DNA of 34,427 nucleotides from Rhizaria sp. SCN 62-66. Lineage: Eukaryota. Made by a program: the position numbers and the translations under genes. The notes beneath the pieces are model-generated. The model was not told where the DNA came from and ran no database searches. It worked only from the letters and a program-made list of their open reading frames with translations. The stretch covers positions 1-34,427 of the forward strand of contig MEDY01000447.1 of NCBI GenBank assembly GCA_001724265.1, in the 5' to 3' direction. This document shows positions 21,467 to 31,600 of the stretch, piece after piece (position 1 is the stretch's first letter; every line of letters begins with the position of its first letter).

Positions 21467-22670
21467 TTTTCGACGCTCATTCCAAGGCACAAACGCGCAT
21501 TTCTGAGCATGAAAATAAGAAAACCATAGACAAAGAAGTGCGTTCTTGGCAAATAGCAAAAGAAACGCTGAGATTGAGCGATTCCAATGTGAAATGTGTC
21601 AGTTAAGGGATACCATTTTGCGGCGCCTCATCGTTAATATTTTTTTTGTGTGGTCAGAAGTGGTCGCTTGCTCACGGTCACTTCTCCTTTCGCCGCATTG
21701 TGACAGACGATTGTGGTGACACCAAGGGACTCATCTTGCGCGCACTCTACGGCTTCGTCATTGGTTGACTTTGGACCAGTATTGGTGGACCTAAATGTGT
21801 TGTAACACCGTTTGAGCTGCAGTGTATAGTTTTGAAAGCGAATAACTCTCAATAACATTTCTCAAACAATCGTTTCCAGAGGCGCGCATATCTGATTCTC
21901 GCTCCAAGATGCGTTTGTGGTGGAGTCACACATCTTCCAGTTCCCGCATGATTATGAAGTCATGACTGCCAAATATGCCATATTCGTGTATTACATGTTG
22001 TTTTTTTAACTTTGGTTTATTGCACTGGCAGCACATGTGTTACCGTCGACATTCTGCATAAAATTCCAGTCGACAGCTTTTGCCGGTCGCGATTTAAAGG
22101 TGGCGTTTCTCGTGTATACACACTTCGTTTTCCTGTGAACACAGACTCTCTTTTTCTATGAAAACNCCACCTTTATATGCCCGCCCCGAAATGGCCGCGG
22201 GTGGTGTTTGCCCCAGTGTGAGCCTGTGAGACTTGGTATTTTATGCTGAATGTCGGCGGTAACAACATGGCGCTAGTTCAGTGAAGAGAGGACTAAATAA
22301 TGTTCTTACTCTTCGTTTGCTTCGCGTGCGCGCCCTTTGGCTCGGTTCAGTTTTTGATCTTTTGGGGAGCTATTCCGTTCGTCAAAGTGTGAAATTGGCA
22401 TTAATTTAAACGCAAATTAGAAAATAACCTGTGTATAAACTGTTGCCGCTGCTGATCAATGCGTATTTGATGTATACTGTAGCACGAAGAATGAAGACAA
22501 GCCCAGCTCAGATATCCATGCTGCCCAAGCTTAGAGAAGTCGCGTCAGACTGACCGTAGATAAGTTGTTCACAACTTACACATTAACAGTGTGATGTGTA
22601 ATCGTAACTCACAACTTATCTCCCTCCTCTCTTCTTGTCTTCGGTTTGTAACCTATGGTAGGATTGAAAT
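21467..22670. promoter_or_regulatory. AT-rich divergent intergenic region, probable shared bidirectional promoter and 5' UTRs
   Basis: About 1.2 kb non-coding, AT-rich segment between two outward-facing start codons, with no credible ORF. Confidence 0.55.
22558..22621. repeat. Nested inverted-repeat element upstream of gene B
   Basis: AGATAAGTTGT (22558-22568) pairs with ACAACTTATCT (22611-22621); TTACACAT (22576-22583) pairs with ATGTGTAA (22594-22601); also palindrome TAAGTTGT-TC-ACAACTTA (22561-22578). Confidence 0.7.
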
Positions 22671-25600
22671 ATGTCCGACCCTTCAGCTTCTGCTGATGTC
22701 GACGCTGTTGGTGAGATACCACAGTCTAGCATGATCTTTTCCCCGGGAAGGTACGCCTCTTTCTCAACCTCTCACTGGTTTTTTTGTATGATCTGATGTG
22801 TATGTGCTTGTTGATGACTGATCTCCCGCTCACAACTGACACTCTTCACTTTCGATGCGAACGCAATCAGGGCCTACGATGGCGACCAGATCGGCGCACA
22901 TGTCTTGTCTGATGATGGCCCCGCAAACATCAACCCGTTGTTCCGCACCTGCGGCAAGTCTGTGATGCGTCAACTGCGCCGCACTGGCCGTTTTGCCGAC
23001 AACAACGATGAGTTCGTGCCCGCAGCAGAGGCACTGTCCGTAGTGCAAGAGCGTGCCACCGTGCTTCGCCGCCTGCTGGACGCTGTGTCAAGCACTGAGA
23101 CTGCAGACGACAGCAGCGGCTGCACTAGGACAGCGCTCACGGACGCTGAACTTAAGCTGTTCTCAAACATTGCATTCAAGTCCGTCACAGCACCAACAGT
23201 GACTTCTGCTGCAGTAGACGCGGCTACACCAACGAATACATGCAAGAGCACCGCCAGTCACGCCGCCACACCGGTCAAGACAGCCCATGCAATGACTGAG
23301 TCGGCGACAGCAGCCGCAGGCGCCGCTACTGGCACTGGCACTGGCACGCTTACCGAAGACACGCCTCTGCCGACAGCGGCTGTGAATCTTCCAAACATGT
23401 ACTGCGAATCATGGAACGCCAATTTCTTCGACTTTCGCGGTAACGCTCTCCCCAAGGGCGCTACCTTGGTTGGCACGGCAGAGTTTGAGCGCCAGCCTGA
23501 CCACTCCACTGCTTTATCACTGGAACCGGGCGCTTACGTGCACCTCGACCTCAGCATTGGCTCTATGCTCCCCGCCAAGGCCAGCCGTACCACTGTCATC
23601 GTGCTCGAAATCCTCTGCCCTGTTCTGCCACGCGACGCTGCTTCACTCGTGGTGTATAACCCCGGTTTTCACACCGCCGCGGGCCGCGCCCCCGATGGCG
23701 ACGCGCTGCTTTCTTCCGACGGTGGTGTTGGTGCGCTCGGTCGTTTCGGACTCGGGGCACTCATGCTCATGACGCTCCCTGGCGGCGTCGGCGGCGGCGG
23801 CGGCGGTGCCGGCGGCAACAACGCGCCTCCCGTTGTGGTGCCCGGCGAGTGGACGCGTGTGGTGATCGTACGCTGCAAGGACCTCATGGGTGAGCAAACG
23901 CTGTCGACATACATCAACGGCGCACTCGCAGCGCAGATCGTTGACCCACTCCTCGAGTCGGACCGCTTTGCCATTGCGCGCAATGAGATCGATATTTTCC
24001 GCTCTGCGCGCACAGGGCTTCAGCTGCCCTTTAAGGTTCGCGTGGCCGCTGTGTTCGCGTCCCCAACGGACCGTGCTCCGCGCGACCTGCTCAAGGTCCT
24101 CAACAAGACGAACTTCATGTTTTCTTCGCACCGTTTGAAGCGTGAGGCCGTTGAAGCGAAGCTTTTCGCAAGTCTTACACTCGCGCCGCTGTACAAGCGC
24201 CCGCCGCCGCTTTGGATGCACTCGGCATTCCTCTACACGCTCTCGGCGCCACTGCTTGCGTTCACTTCAGAGGTCGGCGCCGCCACATTGCCAGACTTCC
24301 TCCCCGTCTTCTCACTGGTGCTCCGCGGCATGCTGGCGTCAAGCTTGACCACGCCTGTGCTCGACGCGCTGACTGTAGACCACCGTGAGCGTGTCGCCGC
24401 CGTTGCGCACTCGTTCGCGCGCGCGCTCCCGCTGGCAAAACGTTTCCCCGTGGGTCAGAATGCGGGCCCCGCGGGTTTGCTGAACTATCTGAAGCTCGTT
24501 GTCGAAGCTGTGGGCGCCACGCGTGTAGGCGAGACAACCGTTGTGCCGCTTGCGCTCACGCAAAACCGTGACATGCATACTGCTGCGCAGCTCGCCTACA
24601 TTGTGCTTGTCGAGCGTACCACTGAGACCGCGTGTACCGTGGTCATTGTCAACACGTCACTCGACTCTGGCCTGCGCTTCCACCCTACCTCCGCGGCAGT
24701 CCCCGGCGCATTGCAGTATCATCTCTCGCTGCCCATCGAGGACGTGCCGCTGGACCGGGTGACTGACGGTGCACTGTGGGCTCCTCTGATCTCCATGATT
24801 GACCCTGTCGGCGGCTGCCCCTTGACGCCGGACTCTGACTTGTACGCACGAGTTCTCATGCTGCTGACACAACAGCCGATTGCCACCACGGTCGCGCGCG
24901 CTGCCGCGACTGCTGTGGAGAACCCCGATGGCACTGCACAGGAATTCGCTCCTTTGCCTCTTCTCGCTGGCTCTCCTGCCGCGTTATGCCGCGAAGCGAT
25001 GCGTTTCATGCTCCGTCGCCGCGGGCTCTCCCGTGCGCACGCTCAGCTCGTCGACTTCGGCTTCCAAGCCCGGTTATTAGAGCTCGCCCACAGCGACGTC
25101 GTCTGTTTCCCTCGCCTCTCTGATGTGGACGCGCGCGCATTGCTCGCCGCAGTCGCCACCGTTGCCGGCGAGGCCGCGCGCTGCTCCGCTGAGACCGGAC
25201 TGCTCGGCACCGCGACTTTGGCTTCAGTCTGCGCCTCGCTGAAAGACCTGAGTGCGGGCATTGATGAGCTCCGTACGTCGTACGACGACGACGCGCCGCC
25301 GATGCTGCACTTGGACGACGGGGGTGTGTCGCACGATGCCACGCAGCACTCTTTATTCCCTTTCATGGAACGTTTCGTGCGTTATGAGTCGGTCGACGGG
25401 CTGGCTGGCACCACGAGCAGGTCTGAAGACACTGTGCCGTACGACGTCATGCGCCTGCCAACGCGCGCACGCACGTTTGACGAGATCTCGTCTGCGATTC
25501 TGTACACGCATGACCAGGCGTTCCACGTGTACGACCCCGACACTGTTCGTAACCGTCACGCAGTGTTTGTGACGCTTATTGAACATTTGGTGACGCGTAT

Positions 25601-28600
25601 CCTGCCCATTCCCGTCGCTGCGCACGCGTCTGAGGAGGCGCGCACGCGCTGCCCCTGGCAGACTCCCATCACACACTCGCTGCAAGCCCGTCTCGTTTAC
25701 GTGCTCGGTGATCTGACGCTGTGGTTCACCGCATGTGCGTCGTTTTCCAAGAACTCGCGCGCACTTGACTACACGCGGCTCGTTGTTGTGGCCGCACTTA
25801 CCACCATGGTGGACTCGCTTATGCGCCGCCGCACAACCGATTTCCAGTCGCCCTTTTCGCTCGCACTGTTTGAGGGCCGCTTTGGCCCCGGTCCCGGTGC
25901 GTTTGCTGAGCAAACTGCAACGGCGATCGGCGCATATCCAGAGCTGCAAGTTGTGCGCTCGCAGGTGATGGCGTATTTTACTGAGATTAGCGTAATGCGC
26001 CAGGTCTTTCTGTTTAACGAGGTCTTCTTCTCATCTGCGGACATGGAGTTTATGAAGGATATCCACCTTCGTTCGAGCCTGCCGACGCAGCGTGAGAATT
26101 TGTCCCAGGGTCTGATGCATAGTGATCGCGATTGCTCTTCGCATGTCATGGACGCGTACCCTGAGTTGCGTCACTATCGCGACGTTTGTTTCTATCTCCG
26201 CTTCCTTCAGGCGAATGTCACTGTTCTCACGGAGGACAATGATTACGCACACGAAGCCATGACCAAGGAAATGCCCAAACCCGTTAAGATGTACTCCCAT
26301 GGCGACGGCATGTTGCGTGCTGATTTTCTGCGCCACCATATGAAGTTTCAAGAAGCCCCCATGCTTCGCTTTCCTCCTGGGGCTTCAGTCCCACTGCTTA
26401 CTGACACACCTTCGATCAACACCGAGGACGACGTGCTGCACGTACCGTCACTGCCCGATTTCGACGGGGCGCTCGGTCAAGCAGACTCTGAGCTCCTGCT
26501 CTCGTACCTCACAGTGCCTTATTTGCGTATTCCTTTGGTGCTGGGCTTTTTTGCCTCCGAGGAGCGCATCAACGCACTCAAATCCTCCAAGCTCTGTGGA
26601 GTGCTTGAGGCAGTGTTGTTTGAACCTGGCCGCTTTTTGCCGATCCCCGCTGTCAAGAGCGTGACCGTGCAGCGCACGCTTCCCAACGGCTCGCTTTCGC
26701 GCTACCATGACAGTGCGACTGACGATACGAAAGTCGGCGATGCGTTGGCGGCGACTGCGACCGCGGCGCAACAGGAAGCGGCAGCTCTCGCTGGGGAGAC
26801 GTTAGTGCCGGTCGCTGACCCGGCCACACTGGCTACGCGCTACGGCCTTTTGCTCAACGAGCTTATTCATGCGCCCGGCAACGTGCTGTCCTCGGCTGTG
26901 ACGATGGTGGAGCTGGCGCTTGCGCTGGATATCGGCACGGTGCAGTCGTCCTCAGTGTCAATCCTGCTTTTTGTGTTCCGCATGGCGGCACGCGTCGAGA
27001 ACTACGCTGCATTTGCACTACGCCAAGCTGAGGCTTCGTCTGCACGCTCCAACGGCACGGCTGACTCGGTTAATTCAGAATCTGCACACTCAGAGTGTGA
27101 TGACGCGGCGCCGATGTCGCCGGCGCACGTCCTGGCGCTTGCAGACGGTCTCAAGAAGCTCCGGCGCCTGCTCTGGGGCCGTGTTGCGTCCGCGCTGGCA
27201 AAGTGGGGCGCTGAGCTGTGGCAGATTATCCGCAGTGTGAAGGATAACGACTCTGGCGACGGTGATGATAATATGGATGAAGGGAATGACTCCGACGAAG
27301 ATGATCCTTCGAAGCCCATCTCCTTGTATCGTTCTTCCTCCTCGTATTCATATGAGTTGGAGTACTTTGAATTCAGGAGTTCGCTCTCGCGTGATCGTCT
27401 TACGTATGATCTGGCCTCCAAGGCTTCGGTTCAGATGACGGGCTCTGACAAGCGCGCGAGAGAGCTCGCTGAGGACCAAAAGGCACTTAAGAAGCTGAGT
27501 TCCGACGCCGCCACTCGCCTTCTCTGTGATTTGCACGCTCATACGATTGTGCTTTTCCGCAACGTCGATACGAACGTTCTGCTTTATAATCCTGCCTATG
27601 GCGCTTCTCTCGTGACTGGCATGCTGTTCCTCACGACGCGTCACTCGTTCGGCAAGGACACACTGCAGATCACCGAACACCTTGTGTTTGAAGCAATGCA
27701 CACAGTGCGTCGGTCGCTCGTCACTTGGCTACGCAAACTCACCGCCACCGCGCTGAGCCTCGTCATGGAGGCGACGATCCGCGTCGTCACGTGCGAGGGC
27801 GTGCTTGACATGCGGCTCGTCGCCCCCGCAGACTCTGCTGAAGACGTGGTCTCGCCCGTCGCACCGAGAGCCAGCGCTGCCCCTGCGCCCGCGGTCCTCA
27901 CCTCCGGCACACTGCTTACGGCGCCGTCGTTTTTGCGCCGGACTTCAAGTCTGAAGCACTCCGGTGCCGAGGTTGATCCGAGTCAAGTTGCATTCGAAGT
28001 CTTGACGCGCATGCTCGGCCCTGCTCCCGGTGAGACACCTCGCCGTGTGTGGCGCTATATCCCGGGCCCCGCGTGCACGGGCCTTTTCGTCTCGGTTGAC
28101 TTGGCGCCCGGTATGACGGCAGAAGAACCCGTTGACGGCGTAGGCGCAGGCAATGCGCTGTGGGCCGCTGCCAAGCAAGGCATGAAGATTGACACACAGT
28201 CGTGGCAGCTTACGCTCAAGGGCTCGCAGCTGCAGGTGTTACCTCAATCAGTCATGAACCGAACAGACGTAGCTATTACCTGCGGCACTCGCGCGATGCA
28301 AGCCGCGCTTGTTGACTCCGCTAAGAACCGCAAGGTTTTCCTGCTCGTCGGCCGCAGCTATGAGCTCAGCCACTGGTCACCGCCCAACGTCGGCGAGTTC
28401 TTCGAAGCTGAACGGCTTTACGACGCGAACGATTTACACCCGCACGAGCGTTGGGTTGCCGAGCTGCTCGAACCCGTGCGTCTGGCCTTCTTCGAGATGC
28501 CGCCGCCGCCGCTAATGATTTTTATGCCAACGGAGGCCCTCGCCAAGAACGCCAGTGTCGCCTATCTTGTCGGAATGCATCCCGAGCGTCACGGTGCCTG

Positions 28601-31600
28601 GAAGGAGTTTGTGGTGTACAAACACCGGCGCATGGTCGAGATCTACACTGTGATCTCACATGGGCGTCGCTTTTACCGTACGCTGTCGTACACCACGCAC
28701 ACACAATTCTCACTGCGTGCTTTGACCAGCGATTCGTCCGACCGCAACTTGCCGTGGGCGGACTGGGAACGCTACGCCGCAGGCTCACCTGACGCAGAGA
28801 TGCGCTCAGACTCGGTGATCATTGCGCGTAGGCCCGAAAACGTTGAAAACCTCTCGCGGACGCAGGAGATGTTCCTCCCGGCCCGTTTCCTCGAGGGTAT
28901 GCTACCCGAGGGCCTGGTGCGTCAGTACCTCTTCTGGCAGGACGACAACGACAACATTCGCGGTTACCCCGTCGAGGTTAGTAACCACACCGTCTTGTTT
29001 ATCGAGATGTTGCGCGTGTCTCGCTGCGACGCGTTCGAGGAAGCCGGTGTCAGTGTGCGCGTTACGCGCATGCCGCGTACGCTGATGGCACAGCGCGCTG
29101 GCTTCGCCGCGGGCGCTGGTGTTGCTCAGACGACAGCGTATTCAGCGTCCATCAGCAGTATTGCGCTTGAGGATGAAGAGTTGGAGCTTGTGAATCTCTT
29201 GCACGCACCTAAGTACTCGCAGCTTTTCCAGATTGCGTCTGTACTGAGCCGCATTGAAGGCCTTTCCAATGTCTTGGCTTGGAAGCGCGTCAGCGCAGCA
29301 CCTTCGCTCGCAGGTGCCCGTCACTTGCCGTTGCACACTGTTGCATCTGACGACACTGCTGCCTCCAAGCCTGTCTCACAGCTGAAACTCGCGAAGACAG
29401 CGGAGCAGCTGGCTGTGCAGGCCTCGAAGGAAGTCGTGGCTCAACAGCTGCTGGATCTCCCACTGATCGAGCTTCCCAACCTCAAGATGTCATTCCACAC
29501 GCGCGTTGTTGACGGCGAGTGCCGGCTGTACTCGCTCGACCACTCCGACCTGTATGTGTCCAACGCACGCAGTGAAGATCTGGCGCGGATTTCTGCTGGT
29601 ATCCCCCACAGCCTGATCATGTCCAACGACAATGGTGAGCTGTCGATGCTCGTGCCGTGTGTCAATGTTGCCAGGCCGACGATCGCGTCTGCGCCGCTTT
29701 CAACAGAGCTTGTGTTGGAGCGTAACAACTTGTACTGGCTGGAGATGATGGAGACCCGCTATTTCCTCTACCCGATTCACGTCTCGCTGTCGTTCGTCTT
29801 CACGCCGACGCTCGCATCCGCGCTGTACCTCATGCTGCTGCGCCTGTTGCACCGCGACTACGCCGAAGTTTTCCGCCTTGCAGACACTATCGGCTCCGAC
29901 ACTGAACTGTCAGGCGAAGAGCGTCAGATCTTCGAGGCGCTGAGTGAAGCTAACACAGACGTTCACGCCGACGCCTGTGCGTGCCGGCTCAAGATTGCGT
30001 TGGCACTTATGGACTCAACTGATGTCCAACTGCCTTGGTTGCATACCCTGACGTACTGTCTGTACGCACAACGCATTGCGGCGCTCTCGGCCTCGTGCCG
30101 TCTGTCGTTCCACGATGAGATTGCTGTGGCGCGCCTGGCGCTTCCTCAGGCGCTGTGCGGTAAGATCCGTCGCTTCTCGCGCCCCTCGCGCGCTTACCGC
30201 CTTCCAACCTGGGCGCCCATGTTGGTGATGGCGTACAACCGTCTGCAGTATCTCGAAGCTATGGTCTACGGCCGTTCTGCCTTCCGGACGCTCACCGTGC
30301 CGCCGCCGGACTCGGCGAGCTTCTACACTGCCGACATCGGCACCCTGGAAGAGATGCTGGTTGGAATGGGCCACAAAGAGCTGCTGTCAGCGGAGGCGCT
30401 TGCGCTGGTGCGCCCGCGTCAAGTGCGCGTGTTCTCACGTCCCGTGAAGCAAGTGTATGCGTCGCCGCGTAACACTATGGGTGTTGACGTCCTCGCGATC
30501 GCGTCGCGCTATCTTGCACACTCTGAGAAGCCGCATAACCTTGGTCCCGGTGCGCTGGGCTTCATGTACATCTACCAACTGCTGCAGTCTGACATCCGCG
30601 TCAAGATCGCCGGTCAAGACTGTGCGTCAACCTTCGGTCTGTTTGCGCTGTCGATGATGCCTCTGCGCAAGATGAGCAAGTTGCTTGTGATTCTGCGTCT
30701 CATGGCGCAGCGGCCCGATATCGCAGCCGTGCTGCCCCGCTGGTCGGTCTTCAAGAAGTCACTGCATTCATCCGACACTGGTGACGCCATCCACGACCGC
30801 AACAGCAAGGCTGTCCCACTCGAAGGCTTCAACGCCTTTGTCACTGATATAATCACCGCTATTGCGCAGCTCTACAAGATCAACCCGATCCTCACAGCGG
30901 CTCCCTATGGCACGTCACCTGCGACCATTCACCGAGAGCTCGCGCTCGCTGTTGTCCCCCGCCCTGCGCAGACTGGTCTTTGTGCCGCGGTTCCGATGCG
31001 CGCATGGATCATCCCGCAGCTCTCCGACTACGACTGTGACGTGCGCTACCTTTTTGCTGCTCCTTCCGGGCTGTCTCACGCCGATGCTGCAAACAGCTCG
31101 GATGCTGCGCTTGAGCGCCGTGTCAAGCTGCAGATGGCTGCGACGGGCGCGGGCGCGGGCACCGCGTCCAGTGCTTTGCGCCGTGCGCTGCGCTTATGGG
31201 AGGCGGCGAAGAAGAAGGGACAGCGTCACTTGGCCGATGAGAGTTGGACGTCGCTTGCATCTGAGGCCGCGCGCGGTCTGAGCTCGCTCGTCTCGACGAT
31301 CCTTGGCGATCTCAGTGTCTCTGATGAAGTCGCACTGCGTGCGCCAACTGAAACGAGTGGGCCCGTGGGCGGAGAGCTGCCGATTAACGTGCGCGCGCAC
31401 CCCGGTGTCCAGTCTGGTGTTGCGCTCGCCATGCAGACGCGTATGGAGAAGGACACTGTGCTTTTCAGCACATCTTACAACTCCTCTAAGGATACGTTCA
31501 TCAAGGGACTGACTGATGCTGACGTCCGCGCGATGATTGGCTCTGGCAGCAGCACGGAATCTACTGCTACAAAATGCACTCTTGACGGCCTTAAGGCGAA

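Noticed and set aside
21634..21858. 74-aa ORF in the divergent spacer
   Set aside because: Non-ATG start, composition unlike the real exons, no motifs.
22260..22360. tRNA or Pol III gene in the intergenic region (TGGCGCTAGTTCAGTG resembles an A-box)
   Set aside because: No B-box/T-loop (GTTCGA) and no cloverleaf could be built.
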